Shown here one piece after another: positions 8,334 through 18,202 of a DNA stretch of 64,000 nt; position 1 is the first letter of the stretch, and the number at the start of each line of letters is the position of its first letter. The position numbers were made by a program, and so were the translations under genes. A model generated the notes under the pieces. The model saw nothing but the letters and a program-made list of their open reading frames with translations, had not been told where the DNA came from and made no database searches. The DNA comes from an uncultured Candidatus Saccharibacteria bacterium (lineage in GTDB: Bacteria > Patescibacteriota > Saccharimonadia > Saccharimonadales > JACDBH01): the NCBI GenBank assembly GCA_964490245.1, contig CAZBAF010000002.1:2456-66455 (forward strand). The letters are read 5' to 3'.

Positions 8334-10112
8334 CTAGTCAACAACAGCGCGGTCGGTGCGGACCATCCACTGCTCGACCTTGTTAAAGCGGTCAGTCGGG
8401 CTATTGATGCTTTTTAGATCAAGGTTATAGACCTTTGTATAGGTAGTGTAGGTAAAGCGTGGCCGGTACAGGGCAATGGCCGGCGCATCGGCTTTCCATG
8501 TCTCTAAGAATGGTAGATACTTGGCAGCACGCAGTTCGGGATCTATGCGCGTGCGCCCGGCCTCGAGTGCCTCGTCGATATCGGTGGAATTGTAATCAGA
8601 GAAGTTCAGCCGCCGCTGCGAACGCACATCAGCCTGCGAGCTGTGCCAATACGCAAACTGATCGGGGTCAAGCCCCATAAGGATGCCGTACATCAAAAGA
8701 TCGTAACTTCTTTCGTCAATAACAGTCTGCAGGTCCCTTTGCGCCATAGAATTGACCGAAAGATTAACCCCGATTGACCGCCACTGCCGCTGCAGCTGCT
8801 TGGCTACGGCAGCGTACTCGGCAGAGTTGAGCGTGTAGAGGGTAAGACTGAGCGGCTCGCCGTCTTTTTGCCGCATGCCGCTGTCCTGATCCACGTGCCA
8901 ACCGGCCTCGTCGAGCAGGGCGGCGGCTGCATCGATGTCGAGACCCTGCTGAAGTACGTTCTCGTTATAGCCAAGATGTTCGGGCAAGAGCGGCCCGCCA
9001 ACCGGTATGGCCGGCTGGCTGATCTGGCGCAGCAGGTCGCCGCGATTAGTGGCCATAGTCAGCGCCCGCCTGACCTTGCTATCCTGCAGCGCCGGTTGCG
9101 TGGTTCTGAAAAATACCATGACACTGCCGGTCAGCGGCACGCGCAGCTCCTCTGCCTGTTCGCCGTGAAGCGGCATTGACTGCACGCCTACCACGGCGTT
9201 AAGCTCGCCGCTTTCGAAACTTTTAATAAGCTTGGGCTCTTCCAAAAACGCCCGGATAATAAACTCGGACAGCTTTGGGCGACCCTTGTGATACTGGTCA
9301 TAGGCGCTGAGGGCAATTCTTTGCTCGCGCTCTTGCGGTGTGTCACCCACCACTTCTACACCACCCCAGCGGAAGGGCCCCGTCCCCACCGGCTCGATGG
9401 TGTTAAACAACGAGCCGCGCAAATCGGCCGCCGGCACATCCTTAAGCAGGTGCTTGGGTATGATCCCGCTTGTCAGCGAGTGCGGAAACGACGCCAGCAC
9501 GTTGGGCAGCGTGAACTCAACCGTATATTCATCGGGCGATGCCACCTTAATGCCCTGCCAGCTGGCAAAAAACGGCGAACGGGCGTCGGGATTCTGGATG
9601 GTCTTAAAGGTAAAAACCACGTCCTCGGCGGTAAGCGGCCGGCCGTCGTGCCAGCGGATGTCTTGTTTGAGGTTGACGGTGTAGATCTTGCCCGTCTCGT
9701 CCACCGACCACTTCTCTGCCAGCTCGGGGGTCAGGTGATTGTCGGCATCATAGCTGAGCAGTCCAGAGAACAGCAGGCGCGACACGCTGGCATCGACATC
9801 ACTGGAGGCAAAAATCGGGTTGGCGTTGGTGTAGGTGCCGACAATGCCCTCGCTGTAGACACCGCCCGCAATGGGTACGAGCTTAAGATAATAATCGCCC
9901 AGCGCCCGTGTCTGCACCACCAGCGCGCCGATCAACGCCACGATAAGCAATATCCACGCCAGCAAAAAACGCCTGACTTCATACAATCTGCCCAGCCGTC
10001 TAAAAAAATGCTTGTCCAGACTCTCTTCGGTATGTGAGCCGATGTCTTCAATCTGCCGCTGACGGCGGCGGACTGTACGGCGCCAGCGCAGTTTTGTCGT
10101 CCGGTCAATCAT
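8334..10112 (-). CDS. ABC transporter substrate-binding protein, family 5 (peptide/nickel type), N-terminally membrane anchored
   Basis: 592-aa ORF. IRWHDGRPLTAEDVVFTF and the overall SBP_bac_5 pattern are present. An Arg-rich N-terminus is followed by a TM helix (FLLAWILLIVALIGALVV). No permease or ATPase genes are adjacent. Confidence 0.8.
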   Translation of the reverse strand: MIDRTTKLRWRRTVRRRQRQIEDIGSHTEESLDKHFFRRLGRLYEVRRFLLAWILLIVALIGALVVQTRALGDYYLKLVPIAGGVYSEGIVGTYTNANPIFASSDVDASVSRLLFSGLLSYDADNHLTPELAEKWSVDETGKIYTVNLKQDIRWHDGRPLTAEDVVFTFKTIQNPDARSPFFASWQGIKVASPDEYTVEFTLPNVLASFPHSLTSGIIPKHLLKDVPAADLRGSLFNTIEPVGTGPFRWGGVEVVGDTPQEREQRIALSAYDQYHKGRPKLSEFIIRAFLEEPKLIKSFESGELNAVVGVQSMPLHGEQAEELRVPLTGSVMVFFRTTQPALQDSKVRRALTMATNRGDLLRQISQPAIPVGGPLLPEHLGYNENVLQQGLDIDAAAALLDEAGWHVDQDSGMRQKDGEPLSLTLYTLNSAEYAAVAKQLQRQWRSIGVNLSVNSMAQRDLQTVIDERSYDLLMYGILMGLDPDQFAYWHSSQADVRSQRRLNFSDYNSTDIDEALEAGRTRIDPELRAAKYLPFLETWKADAPAIALYRPRFTYTTYTKVYNLDLKSINSPTDRFNKVEQWMVRTDRAVVD

Positions 10113-10146
10113 ACTGGGAGATACTCACCCTTATCATTTGTGTTGT

Positions 10147-10362
10147 TTAGAGCCAGATAATGTTTGCCATCAACGACAGTGAAAAAACGATCACTAGAAA
10201 AATCGTTATGTTGTGCAGGGACTTTTCGGAGCCGCGGCGAACCGTATTAACCTCTCCGCCGCCGCCAAGACCGGCACCCAGACTGGCGCCCCTTGTTTGC
10301 ATCAGGATTAAGATTATCAATAACGCACCGGACACCAATGTAATATAGTTTGCTATTGTCAT
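10147..10362 (-). CDS. secG: preprotein translocase subunit SecG
   Basis: 71 aa with two TM helices. LILMQTRGASLGAGLGGGGE is the SecG signature. Confidence 0.85.
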   Translation of the reverse strand: MTIANYITLVSGALLIILILMQTRGASLGAGLGGGGEVNTVRRGSEKSLHNITIFLVIVFSLSLMANIIWL

Positions 10363-10721
10363 ACTTCCTCTACTATGGCCGTAACCAGATAATTTACCAG
10401 ACCTATTATAACACCAGCCAGCATGGCGGCGCCAAAACTTCTTACTTCCAGCGAGCTGTACAGCGCACTGGCAAGCATAACCATCAGGCCGTTGACCACA
10501 ATCATAAACAAGCCCAGGCTGAACAAAATTGCCGGCAGGCTCAGCAGCACCACCAACGGCTTTATGAGCGTGTTCACAATGGCCAGCACCAGACCTGCGA
10601 TGATAACAATGCCGGCCTCGCCCCCATAATCAATGCTGCCCCTTAAAAAACCGGCGGCAATCCACAGTCCGAGGCTGCAGACAAACCATCTCAGCAAGAA
10701 ACGTCTGAACGGACTTCTCAT
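10359..10721 (-). CDS. phage holin family protein (superfamily IV, 4-TM, PF04020-like)
   Basis: 120 aa with four TM helices. IKPLVVLLSLPAILFSLGLFMIVVNGLMVML matches the family core by recall. There is a 4-nt overlap with secG. Confidence 0.6.
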   Translation of the reverse strand: MRSPFRRFLLRWFVCSLGLWIAAGFLRGSIDYGGEAGIVIIAGLVLAIVNTLIKPLVVLLSLPAILFSLGLFMIVVNGLMVMLASALYSSLEVRSFGAAMLAGVIIGLVNYLVTAIVEEV

Positions 10722-10739
10722 ACGGCATTTAATTGTAGG

Positions 10740-11963
10740 CTACAACAGGGTTCGGGGCAAGTTATCACTCAGTATTTGGGCGCCGTCGGCCGTAATAAGA
10801 ATATCGTCCTCAATGCGCACCCCGATGTCCTCTTCCGGGATGTAGATGCCGGGTTCGACAGTCAGCACCATGCCGACAGACAGCGGCATATCATAATCGG
10901 CGGCATCATGAGTATCCAATCCCAAGAAGTGCGAGGCCAGATGGGGGTAGTATTTCTTAAGTTTTTGTTTGTCGCCTGCGTCATCAAGCAGCTTAAGGCG
11001 CTTGAGCTCCTGGGCCATAATATGATCGACCTGCTTTTCGTATTCGCGCATTTTGACGCCTGGTTTGAGCAGCGCAATTGCGGCTGTATGAACCCTTAGT
11101 ACCGCCTCGTAGACGGCCCGCTGCCGCCTGGTCGGAGGGCTTAATACATAGGTGCGGGTAATATCGGCACTGTAGTTGTGCAGCTCGGCGCCCGCATCTA
11201 TCAGTACAAACTCGTCGGCGGCCAGCGGCTGATCATTATTGATGTAATGAATCGTGGCTGCCCGGCGGCCGCCCGCAATAATCGGCTGATAAGCATGCCC
11301 TGCGGCCCCGCGGCGTATGAACTCGCGAGTAATATCAGCCATCAGTTCGCGCTCGGTGCGGTACGACGAGAGTTTGCGCTGGATTTTGGCGAGTGTATCA
11401 GCGGTGATTTTTATCGCACCGTTAAGCGCCTTTAGCTCCTCTGCCTGCTTGACCTGGCGCTGTCGGGCCAGGTTTTTGCGTATATCGACTATCTCCAGCT
11501 TGCGGTGCTTGCCCAGCGCTTCAAGCAGCGCTGCCCGGGCCGGGTTGGCATAGAAGCCAAAATGCTCATAGTATGCCTCGGCCGGGGCAATGGTGTGAAC
11601 TTTTTTGTATTTTTTGAGCAGTTTATCCAGCCGCAGCCAGCCGTCATGGAACTCTTCGATCTCTTTAATGCCCGAACGGGCCTTGAGTTGCCGCTTGTCG
11701 ACTGCCCCATCCCACTGGTCGCGGTGTTCGGCGCGGCGCGGCTCGATCAGAAACGTGCTTGTGCCGTTTATAACCAGCACGTAATCCGGCTCTTCCAGTC
11801 CCGTCAAATACCAAAAATTGCTGTCTTGCCTAAACGGAAAAGTAGTATCAGCGCTGCGCTGCAGCAGGCCATGCGCCGCCAGCACAATCAGCTGGGAGTC
11901 GAGCGTTTGCTGAAGACGTTCACGGTTCGCGGCAAAAAAATCAGACGTAAATGGATCTGTCAT
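10740..11963 (-). CDS. Xaa-Pro aminopeptidase (M24B family)
   Basis: 407 aa. HFLGLDTHD and GMVLTVEPGIYIPEEDIGVRIEDDILIT are the metal-ligand blocks, and a creatinase-like N domain is present. Confidence 0.85.
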   Translation of the reverse strand: MTDPFTSDFFAANRERLQQTLDSQLIVLAAHGLLQRSADTTFPFRQDSNFWYLTGLEEPDYVLVINGTSTFLIEPRRAEHRDQWDGAVDKRQLKARSGIKEIEEFHDGWLRLDKLLKKYKKVHTIAPAEAYYEHFGFYANPARAALLEALGKHRKLEIVDIRKNLARQRQVKQAEELKALNGAIKITADTLAKIQRKLSSYRTERELMADITREFIRRGAAGHAYQPIIAGGRRAATIHYINNDQPLAADEFVLIDAGAELHNYSADITRTYVLSPPTRRQRAVYEAVLRVHTAAIALLKPGVKMREYEKQVDHIMAQELKRLKLLDDAGDKQKLKKYYPHLASHFLGLDTHDAADYDMPLSVGMVLTVEPGIYIPEEDIGVRIEDDILITADGAQILSDNLPRTLL

Positions 11964-11977
11964 AAAAGATGTCCGGA

Positions 11978-13483
11978 TTATAACCCACCTTTGCGGTTTG
12001 CGCGAAGGTACTGCCGCAGGATAGCCGCCTTCTTTTCGCCAATTGCATGGATAAGCTCGTCCTTACGCGCCTGTTCAATGCCGCGGTAGCTGCCAAAGAT
12101 CTTTAACAGCTTGCGGCGGGTGACCGGGCCAATTGACGGTATTTCGTCCAGCAGACTGCTGGTCTGACGCTTTGTTTTAAGCGTGCTGTGATAACTAACC
12201 GCAAACCTATGCGACTCGTCCCGAATACGCTGCAGCAGTTTGACGATGTGGCTGGCTTGGGGCAGCCGGACTGAGAAATAATGATCTTCTTCTAAAACAG
12301 TGCCGCTGAGTGCCGTCAGTTTATTGCGATTTAGTTGCAAATAAGGCCAGTCTTTTTTGATAATTATCTCTTCAAATTGCTTGGCAAGGCCTATGGCCGG
12401 CCGCTGAATGTTTTTTTGCGACAAAATCTTAATTGCGCTGCCCAGTTGCCCTTTGCCACCGTCTATTAAGAAAAGATCCGGCAGCGGCCAGGCTTTGGCG
12501 TTTTTTTCGCTTAAACGCCGGGTCAGCACCTCTGCCATATGGGCAAAATCATCGTTGCCCGGCAGACGCATTTTAAACTTGCGGTAGGCACCCTTGTCCG
12601 ACACGCCGTTACTGAACACCACCATACTAGCCACCGTGTCGACACCGGACATGTGCGATATGTCATAGCCTTCGATACGCCGCGGTATTTTATCCAAGCC
12701 CAATAGTTCGGCTAGATCATTCAGCGCGTGGTCGCGACTCAGATCCATGGCCTCTTTATCGCTAAAGATTACCTGCTTATTGAGATTTTTAAGCGAGAAC
12801 AGTTCGTTGCGTAGGGTAGCGGCCAGTTCAAAATCCTGCTGCCTGGCGGCAGCTTGCATCTCGCGCTCCAACTGATTAATAAGCTGTGTGCGCTCGCCGC
12901 GCAGGTACATGATTAATTTCTTTAGCTGCTCTTTATACGCCTTGCTGTCGAGCTGACCTGTCTCTGGCCCAGGACACAGGCCCAGATGATACTGCAGACA
13001 TGCCCGCTTGGGCAGAATGGTGTGGGTGGAATACGGGAAGATTTTTCGCAGATACTTGAGTGCACGCTTTACACTAAAACCAGCCAGATAGGGTCCCAGA
13101 TACAGCGCGCCGTCATCCAGCGGCCGGCGTGTATAGGTAACGCTCGGATAAACGCTTTTCATGTCAATCCGGACGTACAGATTGGATTTATCATCGCGCA
13201 GCAAAATGTTAAAGCGCGGCATGTAGCGCCTGATCATTTCCGCTTCCAAAAATAGCGCGTCTATTTCGGATTCGGTCTCTATCCAGTCAACGTCGGCTAT
13301 TTCGCTGACCAGCACCTCTGTTTTTGGGTCACGGTTGCGGCTGGCCTGAAAATACTGCCGAACCCGGTTGCGCAGCACCGCCGCCTTGCCCACATAGATA
13401 ATCTCCCCGGCGGCATTTTTATGAAAATACACTCCGGGACTTTTGGGCAATTCAGACAGTTTTTGGCGCACACTTTCGGTCAT
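11978..13483 (-). CDS. uvrC: excinuclease ABC subunit C (compact, 501 aa)
   Basis: Contains GIY-YIG (GVYFHKNAAGEIIYVGKAAVLRNRVRQYF), a UVR domain (FELAATLRNELFSL), an endonuclease domain and a C-terminal (HhH)2 (IPSIGPVTRRKLLKIFGS). Confidence 0.9.
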   Translation of the reverse strand: MTESVRQKLSELPKSPGVYFHKNAAGEIIYVGKAAVLRNRVRQYFQASRNRDPKTEVLVSEIADVDWIETESEIDALFLEAEMIRRYMPRFNILLRDDKSNLYVRIDMKSVYPSVTYTRRPLDDGALYLGPYLAGFSVKRALKYLRKIFPYSTHTILPKRACLQYHLGLCPGPETGQLDSKAYKEQLKKLIMYLRGERTQLINQLEREMQAAARQQDFELAATLRNELFSLKNLNKQVIFSDKEAMDLSRDHALNDLAELLGLDKIPRRIEGYDISHMSGVDTVASMVVFSNGVSDKGAYRKFKMRLPGNDDFAHMAEVLTRRLSEKNAKAWPLPDLFLIDGGKGQLGSAIKILSQKNIQRPAIGLAKQFEEIIIKKDWPYLQLNRNKLTALSGTVLEEDHYFSVRLPQASHIVKLLQRIRDESHRFAVSYHSTLKTKRQTSSLLDEIPSIGPVTRRKLLKIFGSYRGIEQARKDELIHAIGEKKAAILRQYLRANRKGGL

Positions 13484-13713
13484 ACGTACGTATTATCTCA
13501 AGAGTGCCAGTGTCTCTACAAGCCGAGGTAGTCTGCAAGGGGTGTTTCTTGAATGAAATTTACTTCTGCACCAGGGCTTCGGTGTGCCCGCCTTTGAAGA
13601 AGTATCTTTTGACCTTACCGATCCCTCAGACCAGGCCGAAATAATCAACTTGATACAGCAAAATTGCGATTACGTGGCCGGCAGAGGCTCTAACTTCTAG
13701 ATTACAACACTGT

Positions 13714-14574
13714 TTAAGCGGACATGGGTTTTACGGCCTTAGTGCACGGCTCGCACACGACGTGCAGTTTGCGGCGGATGTTGGTTGAGTTGATCTGATT
13801 GCTGGTTTTAGCGCCGCAGTTCTCGCATTCGGCAATATCTTTTGCCTTATCTGAAAAGCCCATTTGCATGCGGTTATCGAATACGAACAACTTGCCTTCC
13901 CAGTAGCCGTCATCACCGTATTTTTCGCCGTATTTTACGATACCGCCGTCAAGCTGATACACCTCTTTGTAGCCGCGGTGTCGCATCAGTACGCTCAGGA
14001 TTTCGCAGCGGATTCCGCCCGTGCAGTAGGTCACAATCGGCCGGTCTTTATATTTACTGATCTCGCCCTCTTCAATATCTTTTATAAAATCACGACTGGT
14101 GGCAACATTGGGAACAATGGTGTTTTTAAAACGACCGATTTGCGCCTCGTACATATTGCGGCCGTCATAAAAAATAACTTCGTCACCGCGCTCCTGCATG
14201 AGCCTGTGCAATGCGGCCGGTTTTAGGTGTCTGCCACCGCCCACCAGACCGCTTTCGTTGACAACCAGCTCGTCAGCCGCATCAAATGCCACGATTTCCG
14301 GCTTAACCTTTACGCGCAGTTTTGGAAAATGCTCCGTGCCGCCGTCGCTCCATTTGTAGGTAATGCCCTTAAATTTTGGGTGCAGGTTCATTTGCTTGAC
14401 ATAACTTTTCAGCGCTTTCATGTCGCCGCCAAGCGTGCCGTTAATACCATGCGGGCTGATTAAAATACGTCCCTTCAAACCCAGTGCCTCGCACAATGTG
14501 CGCTGCCAGAACATAACCGTTTCAGGATCGGCTACCGGCACAAACTTATAGTAGAGGATAATTTTTTCCATCAA
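13714..14574 (-). CDS. trhO: rhodanese-related tRNA uridine(34) hydroxylase TrhO (UPF0176/YceA)
   Basis: 286 aa. ILYYKF.P. N-terminus, rhodanese active-site loop YCTGGIRCE and a C-terminal Cys cluster. Confidence 0.85.
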   Translation of the reverse strand: MMEKIILYYKFVPVADPETVMFWQRTLCEALGLKGRILISPHGINGTLGGDMKALKSYVKQMNLHPKFKGITYKWSDGGTEHFPKLRVKVKPEIVAFDAADELVVNESGLVGGGRHLKPAALHRLMQERGDEVIFYDGRNMYEAQIGRFKNTIVPNVATSRDFIKDIEEGEISKYKDRPIVTYCTGGIRCEILSVLMRHRGYKEVYQLDGGIVKYGEKYGDDGYWEGKLFVFDNRMQMGFSDKAKDIAECENCGAKTSNQINSTNIRRKLHVVCEPCTKAVKPMSA

Positions 14575-14602
14575 CCTTACATTTTACAATTTAATAACGC
14601 AC

Positions 14603-14631
14603 TTGTCATCCAAAAGCTTTTTGCCTATACT
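14603..14631 (+). promoter_or_regulatory. candidate sigma70-type promoter (TTGTCA-17-TATACT) for the ABC exporter gene
   Basis: -35 TTGTCA at 14603-14608, a 17-nt spacer, and -10 TATACT at 14626-14631. It lies about 165 nt upstream of the ATG at 14797. Confidence 0.4.
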
Positions 14632-14796
14632 GAACTCTAGCTTTTTATTACTAATTGAGGCGGCAAAAAACCTGGCCAGTCGGGGAAAGTCATGACTGGT
14701 ACCCACACCAAAACCAACAAACAGCCTGAGCCCATCAGGCATACATAGATCAACTATTAATTTATAACGCACGGCCACCAGGGAGGAGCCGTTGCC

Positions 14797-16587
14797 ATGC
14801 CGATGTCAAAACCACAAAAAACCAAACAGGTGGTTCGCTTTTACTGGAACACTGCCAAGCGCCATAAACTGTCGCTTCTGCTTGCAGGTATTTTTATCCC
14901 TATGGCGGTTATTGGTAACAACTTGCTGCCGCCGCTTATCCTGGCGCACGTGCTTAACCGGCTGAGCACTCAGGATTTTACTGCCGGCGATTTGTGGCAG
15001 AGCTTTGGTACCGAAATCATGTTATACGCGCTGGTAGTCTTTGGTGCCGGCACGGTTTTATGGCGGCTTGTCGATGCCGTAGTCTGGCGGCTTGAGGCAA
15101 ATGTCTTAAGAGAGCTGTCCCAGCAGGTGTTCCGGCATCTTGCTGAACAAAGCGCCAGCTTTCATGCCGACAACTTTAGCGGGTCGCTGGTGTCGCAGAA
15201 CAATAAACTCATGTCTGCATATATACGTATTGCTGATACAACCTTTTTTGGCACCATTCCGCTGATTGTCTCGATCGTTGCCTCGGCCGCGATTCTTGCT
15301 ACCAAAAGTCCTTATTTTGCCGCAGCGCTGATTGTTTTTGTAATCATCTATATAACTGTCGCGTTTTTGGTCACGGCATCGACCCGCCGCGTCAGCGCCG
15401 AGCATGCCGCCGCCGAAAGCAGGCAGACCGGTTATCTGGCCGACGCCATCACCAACGCTATGGCAATTAAAAGTTTTGCCACCGACGAACGTGAATTCGA
15501 GGCGTACGCAAAAGTTACCGATAAGACGCGTGGCCATCTGCTTAGACTCATGAAGCGGGTGCAGATTCAGATGCTCTACTTTACCAGCATGACCAGCACC
15601 ATCACTGTTGCTTCGCTTGTTTTTGCACTGCTGAGTGTCGTGCACTTCAATGCCGATATTGCGACGGCTTTTTTGATCTTCAACTATACGACGCTTATTG
15701 TACGGGAACTGTTTCAGTTCAGTAATCAGGCGCTTCGGGCCTATAACCGCTCAATTGGCGATGCCTCAGAAATGGTTGCCATCCTCAATACAAAACCGGA
15801 GGTCACTGATACCGACTCGCCCGAACAGCCGGCAATTGTCCGCGGAGCAGTTGAGTTTCGGGATGTTGTTTTCCGGCACAATGATGCACATATACCTATA
15901 TTTAATAAGCTGAGTGTCCGCATAAAGCCAGGCGAAAAAATCGGCCTGGTCGGCCATTCGGGCTCGGGTAAGACAACACTTACCCGGCTGCTGCTGCGCT
16001 TTTCTGACGTGCAAAAAGGCGCCATATTAATTGACGATCAGAATATTCGGAAAATCACCCAGAATGATCTGCGCGCGGCGATTGCCTATGTCCCACAGGA
16101 GCCGCTGCTGTTTCACCGCACCATCGCCGAAAATATCGGCTACAGTGATCCGCACGCCAACCGCGAACAAATCGAGGCAATTGCGCGTCAGGCCAATGCT
16201 GCCGGCTTCATTGAAAAACTGCCAAAAGGCTACGATACCATTGTCGGCGAGCGGGGCATCAAGCTATCCGGCGGGCAACGTCAAAGGATTGCCATAGCCC
16301 GCGCCATGCTCAAGAACGCGCCCATTCTGGTCCTGGATGAAGCAACCAGTGCGCTGGACTCGGAAAGTGAAGAACTGATCCAGGATGCGCTCTGGAAATT
16401 GATGGAAGGCCGTACGGCAATCGTGATCGCCCACCGACTCAGCACTATTCAAAAAATGGACAGAATCCTCGTAATGGATGAAGGAGAAATAGTTGAAGAA
16501 GGCACCCACAACGAACTGATCAGACGCGAAAACGGCGTCTATGCCAACTTATGGCAAAAACAATCCGGAGGTTTCTTGGAGGAATAG
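14797..16587 (+). CDS. ABC transporter ATP-binding protein/permease (MsbA/multidrug exporter type, fused TMD-NBD)
   Basis: 596 aa. Six-helix TMD, Walker A GHSGSGKTT, signature LSGGQRQRIAIARA and Walker B ILVLDEATSALD. A GGGAGGAG SD precedes the start. Confidence 0.85.
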   Translation: MPMSKPQKTKQVVRFYWNTAKRHKLSLLLAGIFIPMAVIGNNLLPPLILAHVLNRLSTQDFTAGDLWQSFGTEIMLYALVVFGAGTVLWRLVDAVVWRLEANVLRELSQQVFRHLAEQSASFHADNFSGSLVSQNNKLMSAYIRIADTTFFGTIPLIVSIVASAAILATKSPYFAAALIVFVIIYITVAFLVTASTRRVSAEHAAAESRQTGYLADAITNAMAIKSFATDEREFEAYAKVTDKTRGHLLRLMKRVQIQMLYFTSMTSTITVASLVFALLSVVHFNADIATAFLIFNYTTLIVRELFQFSNQALRAYNRSIGDASEMVAILNTKPEVTDTDSPEQPAIVRGAVEFRDVVFRHNDAHIPIFNKLSVRIKPGEKIGLVGHSGSGKTTLTRLLLRFSDVQKGAILIDDQNIRKITQNDLRAAIAYVPQEPLLFHRTIAENIGYSDPHANREQIEAIARQANAAGFIEKLPKGYDTIVGERGIKLSGGQRQRIAIARAMLKNAPILVLDEATSALDSESEELIQDALWKLMEGRTAIVIAHRLSTIQKMDRILVMDEGEIVEEGTHNELIRRENGVYANLWQKQSGGFLEE

Positions 16588-16643
16588 TCCGGCAAACGAT
16601 GTTTTGCAGCAAGAACGGCTGGGACCGGCGCTGACAATTAAAA

Positions 16644-16669
16644 ATGCCGCAAGCCCGAGCTTGCGGCAT
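16644..16669. terminator. bidirectional rho-independent terminator between convergent genes
   Basis: Perfect 11-bp stem ATGCCGCAAGC / GCTTGCGGCAT with loop CCGA, flanked by an A-run upstream and a T-run downstream. Confidence 0.7.
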
Positions 16670-16696
16670 TTTTGGACTATATCCTCTTGAACTAGA

Positions 16697-17362
16697 CTAC
16701 TCGGCTTTGTCAGCCTCTGACTCGGCTTCGTCTGTGTCCTGAGCGGACTCTACGTCACCGGCTTCTCTGGTCTCTTCAAGGGCGGCGTCAGCTTCTGCAA
16801 TCTGATCACGCGGCACCTGTACATCGGCAACCATGGTCTCAGGATCGGTCATCATAGTCACGCCTTCCGGCAGCTTAATATCCGCCACGGTCACTTTGTC
16901 GCCTTCCTCGGCAAGCTTGGCGCCAGGTACGAACAGCTCGCTTGGCAGGTTGCCAGGCAATGCCTCGACAATAACCGTATCCAGGTTTTGCAGAACCAGC
17001 AGGCTGATCTTTTCGGCCGGAATCTCGCCCTCAATCTTCACAGGCACTTCGGCCTCAACTTTTTCGTTGCGCTTGACGGCATGGAAGCCGACGTGACGCA
17101 GAGTGTTTTTAACCGGATCGAGATCAACATCTTTAATCATGGCCAGGTGCTTTTTGCCGTCAACCTCCAGCTCCACCGGGTGGTGCTTGCCGGCCTGATT
17201 GTACACTTTAGCCAGCTCGAGCTGATCGGCCTTCAAAGCCTGCGAGGGCTTGCCGCGCTCATACATATTGGCCGGTACAAAGCCATCGCGCCGCAGCGCC
17301 TTAACAGATTTACCAATTTCTTTCCGTTCGGTCAGTTTCAGCGTAATTGTATCGCCGCCCAT
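16697..17362 (-). CDS. rplY: 50S ribosomal protein L25 / general stress protein Ctc
   Basis: 221 aa. LKLTERKEIGKSVKALRRDGFVPANMY N-terminus, two-domain Ctc form, acidic C-terminal tail. Confidence 0.85.
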   Translation of the reverse strand: MGGDTITLKLTERKEIGKSVKALRRDGFVPANMYERGKPSQALKADQLELAKVYNQAGKHHPVELEVDGKKHLAMIKDVDLDPVKNTLRHVGFHAVKRNEKVEAEVPVKIEGEIPAEKISLLVLQNLDTVIVEALPGNLPSELFVPGAKLAEEGDKVTVADIKLPEGVTMMTDPETMVADVQVPRDQIAEADAALEETREAGDVESAQDTDEAESEADKAE

Positions 17363-17510
17363 GTATTCCCTCTCTTATTATCATGCTTTAGTATACCAGA
17401 TTTGGGCACATTCCGCATTACGAGCCGGCGCATAACGCCCTGTCGGCTCGCCCTGCAGTGCCAAAATAGCCTGCGGCTAAAGCCCGGGTTTATAGTAAAC
17501 TATAATCCAG

Positions 17511-18191
17511 ATGTTTGAATCATCACGACTTGTCACCGTCTTTGCCAGTTCGTCCATCACCGAGCGTATTACCGAGTGGTCTATTCGGGTTATGGAACTG
17601 CTGGGGGGACCGGGAGCAGCCTTTTTAATTGCGCTTGAGAATATTTTTCCGCCATTGCCCAGCGAGATTATTCTACCGCTGGCTGGCTTTACTGCCAGCC
17701 AGGGGAGTATACATTTTGTCAGCATGGTTGTTTGGACCACGATCGGTTCGCTTGTCGGTGCAGTCGTCCTGTACCACATTGGTGCCTGGCTCGGCCGGGA
17801 GAGAGTTCGTCATCTTGCCCGCAAACTGCCCCTTGTTAAGGTGGCTGATATCAACAAAGCCGAACACTGGTTTACCAAGCACGAAAACCAGGCCGTGTTT
17901 ATCGGACGCATGATCCCTGTGGTACGAAGCCTTATCTCAATCCCGGCCGGAATCGAAAAAATGCCGATGAAATTGTTTATCGCCTACAGCGCCGCCGGCA
18001 GCCTGATATGGAACAGTGCACTCATCAGCGCCGGCTATTTGCTTGGTGAGCAGTGGCACATTGTCGAAGCTTACGTAGGTGTCCTGCAGTACCTTGTTAT
18101 TGCCGTGTTCGTCATCTTTGTGTCACGTTTTGTGCTGACGCGCCTGGCAAAACGACGCCAGCGAAAGCTGGCCGCCGCAGCCGATAAATAG
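17511..18191 (+). CDS. DedA family membrane protein
   Basis: 226 aa. ENIFPPLPSEIILPLAGF and FIGRMIPVVRSLISIPAG are DedA/SNARE-associated blocks. Confidence 0.8.
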   Translation: MFESSRLVTVFASSSITERITEWSIRVMELLGGPGAAFLIALENIFPPLPSEIILPLAGFTASQGSIHFVSMVVWTTIGSLVGAVVLYHIGAWLGRERVRHLARKLPLVKVADINKAEHWFTKHENQAVFIGRMIPVVRSLISIPAGIEKMPMKLFIAYSAAGSLIWNSALISAGYLLGEQWHIVEAYVGVLQYLVIAVFVIFVSRFVLTRLAKRRQRKLAAAADK

Positions 18192-18202
18192 CCGGATATT
18201 AA

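Noticed and set aside
13484-13713. Possible gene remnant in the 230-bp uvrC-trhO spacer (minus-strand frames such as ...GIGKVKRYFFKGGHTEALVQK*)
   Set aside because: The frames are short and interrupted by stops. There is no start codon, SD or recognisable family, so the evidence is insufficient for a pseudogene call.
17501-17513. Leaderless transcription of the DedA gene from a TATAAT box 4 nt upstream of its ATG
   Set aside because: The TATAAT (17501-17506) is real, but no acceptable -35 or extended -10 element lies at the right spacing, and the geometry would place the start inside the codon. It is too weak to report as a feature.
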